64,000 bases of DNA from the human T2T-CHM13v2.0 reference genome, Homo sapiens. Positions 40,501-55,670 of this stretch are shown one piece after another; position 1 is the first letter of the stretch, and each line of letters opens with the position of its first letter. A program made the translations under genes and the position numbers. The stretch is from the NCBI RefSeq assembly GCF_009914755.1, contig NC_060935.1; one strand, given 5' to 3'. Under the pieces are notes generated by a model. The model saw only the letters and a list, made by a program, of their open reading frames with translations. It searched no databases and was not told the origin of the DNA.

Positions 40501-41164
40501 AAGATAAGTATTATATTCAGGATTATCTTTCCAAGTTTATATTATTCCCTGCCATTTTGTAAATAAGAATGCAAAATATCGAAAAAGTTAAGTAGTTTAA
40601 ATAGGGTCACTCTGTGAATAAACCTACAACAGGCAAGAATTATTCCACTGAAAGCACCTTCTGTGTTTTTCACATGCAAATATGGGGAAATATCTCACTA
40701 TTTAATAATAGTTAAGTATTATTAATAATTACAATCTATTGAGATTATTGGTTTGTGAGTTCTCTTTATCAAATAGCGGATTGGATTTATAATTTCATAT
40801 TTGAGGATTATTTTTATTTTTAATCCTAAACCACTGCTCCTCACATTTGGCTGAGGCAAAATATCTGTAAATGTTCTAATTGTCTTATAATTAAGCAAAT
40901 AAATAATTAACCTGTGGAATGAGAAGGTATGAATTGTTTAAAAGAGTGTCCATTTGCACTATATATCCTGGTTAAATACCACAGGCATGAAAAGGTAAAT
41001 GCAAATGAAGAATATGGATTTTCCTAAGTCATAATCATCACAACTCTCCTATAACAGATGCATCCCTGAACTGCTTATATGTGTCTAAATCTAGGTAAAG
41101 AGTCTTCTGAGATGACACTAATATGCTGTTAATAGTGATGATGCAAGCGATATTAATGATGCAT

Positions 41165-41377
41165 CCAAGGTGTATAGATAAATGTTTAAAAACCAGCTTC
41201 CCAGAAGCAAAATGCTCTCATCTCTATGTAGCATTTCTCAATTTTGTGGTATAAATACTCTCACAATGGCTAAATTTAAGCTACCAATATTAAATCACTG
41301 AACTGAATTCAAAATTAAGAAGAAATGCTTACGATTACCTTTTGTATGCTCGTATGACTGAATTTATCATGTCACTG
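41165..41377. mobile_element. MER63 (hAT-Blackjack) fossil
   Basis: GGTATAAATACTCTCACAATGGCTAAATTTAAGCTACCAA...CACTGAA. Confidence 0.65.
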
Positions 41378-41579
41378 GAAAGGTACAACAGATCTTACTA
41401 GATTTACCCAAAGCAAAAGAAGCATCAAATTAAATTTTAGCAAAATTATAGGATGTCACAATTTAGAAAGGCTAAAGCCTCTAAGAAAAAAGTTACCAAT
41501 ACGTGTTCCACTAAAATTTGGGAATTCCCAGCTTCCTTTAAGAGATCAATAAGGCCAAACTATTTTCTTAATAATATTT

Positions 41580-42905
41580 GCTTTTTGCTGTGTAAATATT
41601 TGTAGTGACAGTATGACAGTAGCAATGGGTAAAACTGTGGGTGCTCTAACACAGATCAAGGTAGTGGCACTTAACTGTTTTATCCAGCTTTGCATTCTTC
41701 AATGCCACTAATATGCAGTAAAAGTTTCACTTAACAGTGTCCTGGATGAAGCAGTAAAACATTAATTTTTTTAAAAGGCCAACCTTTAAGTTCATATCTT
41801 TAATAGTGTGTGAGATGAAATAAAAAGCATGCATAAAATATGTCTGTTACCTTCAGAAATATGGCAGACAGCTTGAAAATTACTGGGCAATTGTTTGAGT
41901 CCTGAGCCAAAACAGCTGCTTTGGTTTACAGAAATCTTCTTTGCTTGAAAGAACAACTGACAAACTACAGTTATTTACCTTTGGGTAATTGGCAGAAACT
42001 TTCTAAAAAAAAGCATGATGTAAGTTTATCATTTCTATTAAGACAATTAGCATTATTTGATGCCAACAACAAAATTTTAGCCTTCAAGAAAACTTAAGAA
42101 TTTGGAAAATGTATGTGTTCCACCATGAACCTGACAGCTTCTCAATACTCAAAACGTCTGATGAGATTGGTGGTGAAACTGGTGAATGGAATTTTTTTGA
42201 TGTATTATAACGAAATGTGTCAACATTTGGAAGATAAGCATTACTCAATGAACCACTGTTTTCCAAATGACAAATGTTTGTGTTATAAAATAAAACATGG
42301 GTAAAAGATCCATTCAAAATGCAAGATATTTTAATGAATTTTAATATAAAAGAGAACAAAAACTTTATGATATGGAATCAGATTCCACATTGTAACTAAC
42401 CGTTAAGAAATTCATAGTTGTTGAGTTTTGTTACAGTATTTAAGAATAGCTACAACTATCTTAGAAGGCTATTAAATTTATTCTTCCCTTTCCAACTACG
42501 TATCTGTGCGAGGTCAAATGCTCTTCTCCACTAAAGCGACCTAGGCTAGAATTTGAATGCAGAACAACTATAGCAATTGAACTGTCTTCTATTAAGTCCC
42601 AAATTAGTACAATTTATAAAAATGTAAAACAATGCAATTATTTCTACTATATATTTTTGTTTTGGAAAATACAATTAATTTTATTAATAGTGAATTAATG
42701 GGTAGTAGATTTATTTTTGTTATTTCAAACAGAATAATATTTTAAAATTTGTTCACAGTTAATTTTGATTATATATGTGTGTGTGTATATATATACACAC
42801 ACACATACTTTAGTAGATTTTCCATCTATACAAAGTACTTTGTAGTTTTCAATAATTTTTAGGAGCGTAAATGTGTACTGAGACCAAAATGATTGAGATC
42901 CACTG
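41580..42905 (+). mobile_element. Charlie1-type hAT transposon remnant
   Basis: Transposase-like GTCCTGGATGAAGCAGTAAAACATTAATTT and CAACATTTGGAAGAT...TTTCCAAATGAC; terminal GAGACCAAAATGATTGAGATCCACTG. Confidence 0.85.
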
Positions 42906-42943
42906 CTTTAACATACATTAAAAGCAACTGCCAAACTTTAGAA

Positions 42944-42944
<1 letters not shown>

Positions 42945-42977
<33 letters not shown>
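42945..42977 (+). repeat. (CA)n microsatellite
   Basis: Seen directly. Confidence 0.97.
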
Positions 42978-42979
<2 letters not shown>

Positions 42980-44689
42980 CATAGAGAAAATTTTAGAAGC
43001 CTCTCTTGTAATTCCGATGACTCAATTGAACACTCTGCGTAAAAACGGTTTTTCTTGGGACATCCAGTGTTAAAATTATGTGAACATGAATTTAAATCTG
43101 AGTCCCCAAATCCAAAATAAACCCAGGTTTGCTACTTGGCAATAACTGCCTCCCTACCTATGAACTATGTCATATTTATAACTCATACAGGTTAGTCATT
43201 ATCACTACAGTTGGGGTTTCTCAGTGTTCAAAGTTTTCTGAGGTAGGAGTTCCAATTAGTATAACCTCAGAGTGTTGGTATAATTATTAAATGAGAAAAG
43301 TACTTATTTAACATAAATTATTTGAACTATTTTTATGCCTTTTGCTTTTTTTATTATCTTGTTATTTTTACTTTGTTACAATTATTTTGTTAGTAAGTGG
43401 TCCCATAGCTTCATTTTTTCATTATCCATGATGGGAATCACCACCCCTTCTAAGACAACATATTTCCCTACTCTATGAAAAACTTTTCATTATTTCATCA
43501 GTGTGCCTCTTAGCTTTCAATTTACCTTAAAGCCAACATTCTTCTTTGAACAGCCATTTTTGACAATTATGTAGGTTTATTCAAAGGAGCCCTAGAAAAA
43601 TAGATTTATTCTTGAATATTAGATTTATCACTATGGTTTGTGTAGCCATTGGCAAAAAACTGAACATTAGTTGTTTCATCTATAAAATGGAGATAATAAT
43701 TTTTTTCAGGGATATTATGAAATCTGCAAAAACACAGCATATGTTAACCACATATGGTGCATGCTATTCATTCAATTTTATGTCTCATGTGGACTTTACG
43801 TAAAGAATTTGTTAGGAGTTAAATGTACAATTATGAGACATATACATGCCCAACCCTTATGAACATTTAAGTCCAGAGTGATCACTTAGCATATAGTGAC
43901 AAGAATTCTATGTATTTTTGCTTACAGCTTTCCAACTGAGTGCCAATACTGAGAAAAAAAGAATCCGCTCATTTTGCACTACTTTACTTACTGCTTCTAA
44001 TATTATGGTAATACACAATGATTGTCCATGTTTTCTTACTTTTCTTAGTCACTTCATTTACCATGATTCTTCTCTCCCTGGTATCCTTGCTATCAATCAC
44101 CTATACTGTGCAAAAAGTATGACCAACAGAATACTCTTTCATTGTACAAAAGAGTTTTGTTTCTTGAAGAAGTATATATTTTTTTTCTGCAGTTGTACAG
44201 GTCAAAGACATTGCAGCTAGTGGTGCCAATTGTCTTCCATTAGACATGCAAGCAATCAATCCAAAGACAGTTTTAAAATCCTAAGCCTATCCCCAAGAGT
44301 CTGCTGCTAGTGGCATAAACTGACACACAATGGCTTTAAAAGAGGTAATTAACAGATAATTAAATATTTATGGAAAGGGCCTAAGTGCCTTGGTAGGAGG
44401 GAAGACACAGGACTTACTGACTGACTTACTTTGCATAGAAATGCAATTGACACTTAGAGGGTAGGGGGTGACTAAAGGGCCCTGTCTCCAGATTTTGACC
44501 ATATAATCTTAGAGAACTATATCTACACTTACTATATTATTCTGCATTCTGAAAAAAATGGGTTTTTTTGTCTGTTTTATGTCACTTTGTGGGACATAAA
44601 AATGAATTAGCTTTCAAGAGCTTGCACTCCAGTGGGATAACAGAATATGTCTTGACACATATAAATTATATGAAAGTCAAATTGAAGTA

Positions 44690-44852
44690 TCCATACATAA
44701 AGTTTATTAATTCACAGCTAGGTTCATTTGGCATGAATTGTCTATGAGTGCATTCATGCTCCAACTACAGAGTTGAATAATTGCAATAGAGACCATATGG
44801 TGTGCAAATCCTAAGTGTCTAGCCTTTTACAGGAAACGTTTATTGACCTCTG
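44690..44852. mobile_element. MER58A-like fragment
   Basis: CAGAGTTGAATAATTGCAATAGAGACCATATGG...TTTACAGGAAACGTTTATTGACCTCTG. Confidence 0.7.
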
Positions 44853-45623
44853 CTTTGAAGAGATTATGAAAGTGTTAAATTTTTCTTAAAACATTGAGAT
44901 AATGATTGTGATGATGATGACAGTGATAATGGTGAGCTGGAAGAGCATCATGATTATAATCATATTAATTTTTTTTACTATATCTAGGGTTAGACTATTT
45001 CTTGCATGGACCATTTTAACAAATGACACATTCAATCGATTGTACAGTGATTCCCATTCATTTCATTACTATAAACAAAATGTAATTTTGTGTTTTTCTG
45101 CAACCTTTCATCATTTATAGTCATTTCTAATGTGTTCAGATGCTATGTAATAGAAGTTGGGTGAGTCTGGAAAATATTGTTGCTTACCTAGCTAGCATTC
45201 TACACTCCCACTTTTCCTTTCCTTCTTACTATGAGAATACTGCTCTTGTTCAAGAATGGGCATTGTAAATCTTCAGGTACATAATACGCTGAATCCTTCT
45301 TTAAGTTAATCAAGCTGTTTCTAAACATCTTAACAAGTGATAGGCTTAGGTATGCACATGTGACTTAATTCTGGCAAAGTATATATGAAACAATGCCTGC
45401 TAGAGAGAAATCTCTCTCCATATCCATATTCTTGCCTAATGTGAAAAAAAAAAAGGTGACTGAATCTAAACGCCATAACTGTTTATGAAATATGCCACTG
45501 CCTATATAAGGAATGGCCATACTCTAAGGTACAGGATAGAATTGTGTGGTGGGAGGAGGCAGACGTTTAAGTAAGAAAAAAGGTAAATTGATTAAAGGTA
45601 TACATCCTCCTCAAATAACATGA

Positions 45624-46165
<542 letters not shown>

Positions 46166-46696
46166 ACCATTTATGATTATCCATCTAAATTTTTATATGT
46201 TGAATCAATTGCATTATATTTTATTCTTTTTCAGTATACGATGGAGAAATTAAAGTATTATGAGTCCCATGTACTCATCAACTGGCCTTAAGAATCCTTC
46301 CCTATAAGCACCATCATCCACTCCCTTATATTACTTAGACACTAATTCAAACTATATCTTTTCATCTCTTAATCTTTTATAACATTAAAATATCAGAATT
46401 ATGTTTAACATTATGTATAAAATAGATTAATAATAGTTATCTAATATCAGGAAATATCCAGTCAGTTTAGAAATTCCAATGGTTTAATAAAAGTTATAAC
46501 TTCAATTTGTTTGTTTTACAGTTCTTTGAAATTGGGATCCCAATGTTGCACAGATCACAATTGATGTATCTTATGAGTATTTACAAATTTGTTTATCTCA
46601 TTTGCTTTTGTTGCTGTTCTCTCTCTTTCTCTCTTTCTTCACTATCTCATTGTTTTAGAAACCGATTGTCTTGTAGTGTTTTGTACAATTTAGATT

Positions 46697-46905
46697 AGGA
46701 CTGTCCAACAGAACTTTCTGCAATTATATAAATGTTCTGGGCTGTTGAATATGATCACCACCAGCCACATATGGCTATTGAGTGCTTGAAAGAAATGTGG
46801 ACAGTGTTTCCAAGGAACTAAAGTAAGGGCTTTTTTAATGTTAAATTTACATTTAAATAGTTGCATGTGGCAAGTAGCTACTACTAACTACTACTTTTGA
46901 AAACA
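46697..46905. mobile_element. MER3 hAT MITE
   Basis: CTGTCCAACAGAACTTTCTGCAAT...CCAGCCACATATGGCTATTGAGTGCTTGAAA. Confidence 0.8.
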
Positions 46906-47209
46906 TGGTGGTAGATTTTATTAATTACATCTTTATGGTGTAGTTTAACATATCTTTCTGTTCTTTTTATTTCCCGTAAATCTGTGGTTGAATATAAACT
47001 ACAGGTTTGATCATATCCAACTGGTTATTTGTTTGTTTGAAAGAATCCTACATAGGTGATTTTATCTTCTTTCTTCAAGAGGCACATAAACCCTGGGAAC
47101 CATTCTATTTATGGGATTAGCTGCACTGGATGTTCATATCTAGTGGTCCTAGTTCATTAGAGGTTGCACAATGCTAATATTCTAATTCTGTTATTCTTCT
47201 TTCATTTAA

Positions 47210-47557
<348 letters not shown>

Positions 47558-49074
47558 TGGTTAGCCTCTGATATATTTTATATATAGGTAAGGCAGTATT
47601 CATGGCAAGACAGATGGTAATTCTTTCCCTTTATTTACTAATTTTAAAATAATAATATAGATCCTTAGCACCTTTCAAAATCATGATTGTAAGAATCATT
47701 TTAACTTATGCATTTATTAATATTTAATATATTTTCATCTATTGAAGTTATTATTCTTAGTGATGCTCATAATTTTCCATATTTGGCCAGTGGCAGCCTT
47801 TTGAGGTTGAATCCTCAGTTCTTTTGAGATGGTGCTAGAAGTCTTCCATAATTTACATATTATTTTAAAATTATTTATGATATAACTCTCAATATCACAC
47901 AATTTACAGGAAATTTTGTATTATAAGAAACAAATGCAAATATCACTAGCCCCCAAAGACTTGTCTGGGCATATGCAATAATTAACTTCAGTTGTCCCTG
48001 ATATTGAGTCAGTTTGGATCATAAAAGAACTGCAACATTGCACAAACATTTGATTTTATTATTTTGAAGTTAGATTTGTCAAAAAATACACGTTTTATGT
48101 AACATTTGATGGCTTTGTTGTATGCCTCAATATTTAAGCATGTGAATTTTCATTTGTACTCTTGTTCCAGGTCAAGGAACAGAGGTGAGCCTTTTAATTG
48201 TATAATTTAAAACAAATTGCAAGTAAATCAATATTTGCTACATTTCATGGAAATGCTTTGTATTTATGGCATGACTGTGCTTAATACTTACTGTAATTTT
48301 TGATATAAATAAAATTTTTAATCCCAGTTTTTAAAATAAACTGAGTCTCAGAGATGTTAAAGGGTGTTTCCAAAACAAAAACCTCTTAAATGTTCAAGTC
48401 AAGACTAAGATTCAAGTTTTCAATTCAAGTATCTTTTTACTATGTTGGGATTCTGTTTTTGAAGCCATCTTCACTGCAAATTACTTAAGTGAAGGTTCAC
48501 ATTTCACTGCAGATATATTTAAGCATAAATAAGTTATTTTTAAATGAAGGCATAAATATATAAATTAAAATACTTTTCCAAAATAATAAATACATACATA
48601 AATTCCTACCATCTTCTTTTTAAACTATTTTACTGTCCCTAGAAATTTGTCTTTCTTTTTTTCTTGGCAAATGCATAGTACTATGTGACTATTTCAGCAT
48701 AAATGAGGAGAACTTTTTTGAGGTATTAATGGAAACCATAAATACTAAATACTAAATTTTAGACTTTTATGGATTCTGCAAAATCAGTTTTTTGGTTCAA
48801 GATATGCCTATACCCTCATCTCTTCCCTAATTCAGAGAACTCTTTTGTCTTCCCAGGAAAAGGTAAAACTGTAGACACTGAAACTATTTCAGAAATGTAA
48901 ATGAAGGCCCAGATGTAGTACTTGCATCACTCACAGTACTTCCTGCTAGGTGACAACAAAAGTTCAACTTGAAGCCCTATACTTTAGGACTTCCCTCCAG
49001 AAATCAAGAACTTAAGATTAACAAGACATCATTCTGTCCTGAGTCATGCATATAATCATAGTGAAGTGATATGA

Positions 49075-49424
<350 letters not shown>

Positions 49425-50750
49425 AGCCTTTTTTCATATATGGCAGGACAGCTAACTAAATGAAGGTTTGGTGTGTGTCTGTCTTTTTTGCTGTCTAAAA
49501 ATAAGGAAGAATAACTGAACGAAATGTCTTTCTCTGTTTATTCTTATTATTCTGCTCTCCCTCTCCAATTCAGAAAGGTTTAAGTTCTGCAGTGCCATCT
49601 TTGTCTTTTGTCTAGTGCAGAAGAAATACTTCTTAACACTGAAAGATGTGATGTTTTTGTTGAAGGGATTGCTAATGATGGTGTGGGAATGAGAGAGGCA
49701 GGGTCTCTGACATTGTGAGTACGGAAGCAGAACTGCCTGAGTTAGAGAAAGTTATCTTATGTCAAAAAGTCACATTTTTTAAAAGGAAATTGCAGAAGTA
49801 ACACTGACCCATATTCCACATTCACTCTGCATTGTTAAGTAGTGAACAGACCTTCTGATGTGTGACATATGCAGATAAAGAATTCTGTCCCTTCTAGTTA
49901 CAGACTTCCAAGCTGCAATCTTGCTTTTCCATGCTCAGCTTCATCAGTTGCTGGGATAATCCCATTTTTTAAGGGAGATTTTACCTTAATCACACACCCA
50001 TTGAAGAGGCTTAACCCTCTTACTCTCCCTTTTTTGTTTGTGAGCTGCCCCTAGGAAAGAGGTTTTGTGGAATCTCCAGGTCCTCTTCCTCAATGTGGAG
50101 ATACTTCATGATACAGAGCCATGGCCTAAGGCCAGGTCTTCTAACTTGCTTTTTTGTTTTTGTTTGTTTTTCCAGTAATAAAGACAATGTTACAGTTTCA
50201 TCTTTCATTTTTTAAATGTTATCATTCAAATTGTTCAGAAATCCTGGCAAAGAGAGGTACAATTCATTAGCCTCCTGTGGAGACCACCAACAAGATTTAT
50301 TCATTTATAACCTATTTTTTTAAGCTACTACTACGTATAATGAATTATTCTAAGTACTGATCCTAATGTTGCAGACATGCACCTAAATAGAACCCTATGG
50401 TGGGTTTCTTATCATGATGACCAGAGTAACATTGAAAAGATAGATAAGGGCAGATATATACATATATATACACACACACACACATACACTTTTATGATTT
50501 TATTCCTCACTCAATATTTTAGTTATTGTATTTGGAATACAATATGGAGAAGGAATTCAATAAATATGTATGGAATAAACATACAAATTAATACAAGTTT
50601 TGGGTGGAGCACAAACATATGATTTTTATACAGTCAGTCCTCCATATGTGCAGGCTCCAAGTCTGGGTATTCAACCAACTCTGGGTCAAAAATATTTTTT
50701 AAAATAATAACAACAATAAAAAGTAATAAAAATACAGGGTAACAACTATA

Positions 50751-51215
50751 TGTCAGGCCTCTGAGCCCAAGCTAAGCCATTGCATCCCTGTGACCTGCAC
50801 CTATACGCCCAGATGGCCTGAAGTAACTGAAGAATCACAAAAGAAGTGAAAATGGCCCGTTCCTGCCTTAACTGATGACGTTCCACCACAAAAGAAGCGA
50901 AAATGGCCAGTCCTTGCCTTAACTGATGACATTAACTTGTGAAATTCCTTTTCCTGGCTTATCTTGGCTCAAAAAATCTCCCCCACTGAGCACCTTGTGA
51001 CCCCCACTCCTGCCCACCAAAGAACAACCCCCCTTTGACTGTAATTTTCCTTTACCTACCTAAATCTTATAAAACGACCCCACCCCTTCATAGACCCCTA
51101 TCTCCCTTAGCTGACTCTCTTTGTGGACTCAGCCTGCCTGCACCCAGGTGATTAAAAAGATTTATTGCTCACCCAAAGCCTGTTTGGTGGTCTCTTCACA
51201 CGGACGTGAGTGAAA
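50751..51215 (+). mobile_element. LTR7 (HERV-H) solo LTR
   Basis: TGTCAGGCCTCTGAGCCCAAGCTAAGCCAT ... GGTGGTCTCTTCACACGGACGTGAGTGAAA; two U3 repeat copies; TATAAAA 51068; ATTAAA 51151. Confidence 0.95.
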
Positions 51216-51247
51216 CAATGTAAGTAGCATTCAGATTGTTTTAGGTA

Positions 51248-51689
51248 TGTGAAAGTTGGTTATACAGATTGTGTCATTCTTGACATATCCAACTAAATCA
51301 GATTCAAGGGACCAGTGGGGAAAAACACTCAGGGCACATTTACCTACTCCAAGAATTAAACTTTGTACAAGCCGAGCTGCTGAAACAGCCTTCAGTAACC
51401 CTAAGACTAGTTTTAACTAGCAGCCACTGAAAGGACCTGTCATGGCTCTAAGGCTAGTTTTACATACCACCATCACTCACCGATCAGTTTTTCCCCTCTC
51501 AAAATGAGCTCTTTTTTTTTTTCAAAACCATATGTGACATTTTCCTAATATAACTCCCAACATTCTCTTTGTTCTTTGAACATGCCAAAGACCACCTATA
51601 TGTGCATTCCTTAAATTGCAATTTTTGCTTCCCAAATAAAACATTTTAAATTTTATAGAGTCATCTCTATATATTATTTGACTTCAGCA
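51248..51689 (+). mobile_element. LTR47-type solo LTR
   Basis: TG...CA termini; GTCATTCTTGACATATCCAACTAAATCAGA...CACTCAGGGCAC; AATAAA near 51635; 4-bp TSD GGTA on both sides. Confidence 0.8.
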
Positions 51690-53789
51690 GGTATTATAAG
51701 TAATTTGGAGATAATTTAAAATATATAGGAGAATATGCATTGATTATATGCAAATACTACACTATATTACATAAGTGATTTGAGCATGTATGGATTTTGG
51801 TGTCCGTGGGGTGGTGGAACCAACTTCCCATGGACACTGAGGGACGACTGTACTTGAGTAGGAGAGGATTGGGTCCTTTCTGTGAACACAGACAAACACA
51901 AAATCCAAAACTCGAGGTCTGTCACTTACCAGCAGTTGGACCTCTTTGGCAAAAACATTTAACTTTTCTAAGCCTCAGTTGCAATACCTGTAAAATAGGA
52001 AAAAGTAGTATGTAGCTTATAGCATATGAAGCTCTTGGCACAAAGAAGGATCTTGGGCACCAAAGTCTAGCTATTATTTAATGACTCATTTTTGAGTTAC
52101 AATCAAACCAAATGTATTCATTGGGCTCAACATCACGTCTCTTATATGAAATCTCATGCTGTAAAGACACAAGGGAAAGAAACAGTAAATGTAATATTTA
52201 TCACTCACATCAGGAGAGTCTTGAACTGACCAAAGGAAATACATTTGCCAGTTGATGAAGAAGCAGAATTTCATCTTGGTTGCTTGAGTATACAAGATGA
52301 AAGGAAGAAAACATCTAAACTTGAGTCCAATCAGAACTCATTAATTTTGTGACAATGGAACTGTTTACTTTGAAACCAGTGAAAATGAAAATATGAACAC
52401 AGGGAGACATATAGGTGTTTGTGAAAGAATCAATTTATCTTAGAAAAGAATAAGGGTGATTTAGTGATTAGCCCTTCATAAAAATTCAGCAGTCTTTATA
52501 TAATGACACCACTGCAATGAATTTCATTCTCATCTTACTCTTCTATAGTAAAAAGCAGTTATGTGAAACTAATATCCATAGGCAAAAAAAAAAGAAAAAA
52601 AAAGAAAAGGTCACTTTTGTATCACTTGATGATACAATGCACCAGAAAAAAAAAAATTACCTTTCCTGGAATGGCCCCATTTTCTGGGTTATTTAATTTA
52701 GTTTTCTGGGATGAATTCAATGAAGGGTGGGTTTGTGACACACAAAGCAACCCTATTCAGACAGAAGGATCCCAGAAGAATTGTCATGTCTATGAAAATG
52801 GGAAGTGAACTTCTCTAAAACAGGAGAAAACATATAGACATTAAACAGAATAGTAAATCACCTAAAGAGATGTAGGATTTACCAAATAGAGTGACATAAC
52901 AGTTTGGAAACCAGATAAAAAATAGACAAAGCTGATATACAGAAAATGAAAGGCAAGATGGAAGTATGCCTAAATAATATTTCAAGAAGTAGTTTCCCTA
53001 ACTCACCCTGTCTCTCTCTGTTCTTTTTCTCGAATTAGGCTTTTGAAAGGGCTCACTGAGCCAGGGATATGTCCCTAAAGCAGCAGAATCACTCCCAGAA
53101 CGTGGAATCTAAACTGGATCTGTTGATTTCAAAAGGGCCTGCAGGGAGAGTGGGTGGCTGGGCTCAATTCCCATCTGCTATTTGTTTTGTTTCCTCCCTA
53201 TCCCCTCCCCCACTTTTTTTTGGCTCTTTCCTGGTGCTACAGAGACTGACTCATTTCTAGTCAGCACCACGTATTGTTTTAAATTTAAAAAATAATAATA
53301 AGTTTCCACAAAAGGTATTGGCTTCAGCATTTTATTATCCAACCTCTTTTTAATGAAATATATATTTTCCCACCGGGGTTTGTGGCAAATCCCCTATAAT
53401 CCTAATTCAATTCTACCAATGTTGATTGAGTGTATTCATTATATCAATTTAATATTATTCCTGTGCTTGAGGCTGTGAATAAGATAAGATTCCAGTTCTC
53501 ATGAAAACTTTAACAGTCCAGTGGGAAGGATCCTGTGCATAAATGTAATCACTGACTTAACTGCAAGGATGTGGGAGAGGAGATTTGAGTATCAGATGCA
53601 TCCGTCTAGATTGGTTGCCTCACACTGGACACATTCATGCTGATGGTTCACTGAGGTGTTCCAAGGAACCTGATTTCCACATCCTCAGTTGATCTACCTG
53701 GAAACTCTACCCATGGTTCTCCTTTCCTGTCTTCCTTTTTACCCAATATTGCCGTCTTTCGCTTTCACACTACACAGAAAAGTATATAA

Positions 53790-54330
53790 CACTAAAACAT
53801 CTAGAGCTTATCATAATGCATTGACCTGAAATGACAAAAACCGATTAAAAAAAAAAGCTCTAGGATGCCAAATACACAGAAAGTAAAAAATGTTAAAATA
53901 TTGGTGTCAGAGAAGTCTAGTATAATCAAAGCTCTATAATTCACCCACCATATCAATATAAGATACATGTTCAAACATTTAAAATTTTTTGTTAATAATT
54001 GCCAAAATTTATGTTATTTGTCTCAACTGTGCACTGCTAATTGTAACTATAATGCAGTCTAAAATATTTTTTTAAGTTATAAAATTTTGCAGAAAATAAA
54101 AAAATCTATTTATACACTTCTGTTGTAGAAATATGATAGCATGATTGTAACAATGACATTCAAGTATAAAAATATATTACAGTGTGATAAAATTCTGTGG
54201 GAGAAGTAGAATAACAATTTCAAGGAGAAAAAGAAGTAAAGAACATATTCACATTTTTAAATGGATTTTTATAATTAACAATTTACTGTCATAATTGGAA
54301 TTTCTTAGGTTCATTTAAAACATTCCATGA
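53790..54330. mobile_element. MER113-like hAT fossil
   Basis: GATAAAATTCTGTGGGAGAAGTAGAA...TTCAAGGAGAAAAAG; highly diverged. Confidence 0.5.
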
Positions 54331-54499
54331 TGACACTTATTCAATGATCTTATTTATCTCTTGTGCGTTTTCTTATAAAATCTGCTTTAACCATTTTGAT
54401 AGGGCTACACTACACTTCTTTTATTTGTATATCTTGGCATATCTTTCTCCATTATTTTACTTTTAACCCTTATATATACTTTTCTATGTGTCTTTTTAA

Positions 54500-54741
54500 G
54501 TAAAATGCTGTAAAACACTGTCACATGCTACAGACAAATCTTTCATGAAAAGATGAGTCCATCGATGTGGCAAACTTCATTGTTGTCTTATTTTAAGAAA
54601 CTGCCACAAACTTCAGCAGTCACCACCCTGGTCAGCAGCTATCAATATTAAGGCAGAAAAGATTACTAGCAAAAAGATTACTATTTGCTGAAGACTCTGA
54701 TGATTATTAGCATTTTTAGCAATAAATTATTTTTAAACTAA
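54500..54741 (+). mobile_element. Tigger1 fragment within ancient L1ME sequence
   Basis: ATCGATGTGGCAAACTTCATTGTTGTCTTATTTTAAGAAACTGCCAC...CATTTTTAGCAATAAA. Confidence 0.88.
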
Positions 54742-54873
54742 AAAAAAACAGTCGATTTGTCATCTTTAATCACTACATTGGAGTGGACATGTAGGTGCTT
54801 ATATTTAATATGGTAATTGATATTTTAAAGTTACTATTCCACTTTTTCTCTCTTTGTTTAAAAGATAAAGGCC

Positions 54874-55181
<308 letters not shown>

Positions 55182-55668
55182 TTACTAATCCTTTAGTGGT
55201 TAACCTGAAAACTTCAGCAAACTTTTTTTCTTCATACAAGATACTTATTTTTACCTTCTACCTAGCCAATATCAAATAATTTAAAAATCCTTTAATATCA
55301 CTTAGCCCCTTCTTGATATATATGATGATGCATTGTCATCTGTTTTAATTATAGATGCATTTTAAATTTAAGTATTTATTCTTGTTCTATAAGGTTAATA
55401 TCCATTAGATTTACAGTAGAGTTACTATTTTCTTTATATTTCTTTCTGCATTTGAAACTCTGCATTTGGTTATCACTTTCTTTTTCTAGCCCCCAAAATT
55501 CTGGTATTTCCTTTCATATGAATCTGCTGATGCCAAATTCTCTCAATTTTTTCTTACAAAAAAAATTTCATTAGACTTCATTTCTGAAGGGTATAGAATC
55601 TGCTGAATTGAATTTTGGATAGAAAGTCTTTTGTTTCAGACCTGTTATAATATTACTCCATAATTTGT

Positions 55669-55670
<2 letters not shown>

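Larger units (their letters stand above)
50631..51850 (+). mobile_element. Tigger3/MER7-type transposon split into three pieces by two LTRs
   Basis: TA|CAGTCAGTCCTCC start and GGGACGACTG|TA end (TIRs plus TA TSD); pieces 50631-50750, 51216-51247, 51690-51850; matches the copy at 63808. Confidence 0.88.

Noticed and set aside
42084-42359. ORFs in Charlie1 as a domesticated transposase
   Set aside because: Short and frameshifted; no continuous transposase frame.
45190-45560. Possible ancient ERVL LTR (LTR16/33-like)
   Set aside because: Only a few weak motifs; too diverged to call by eye.
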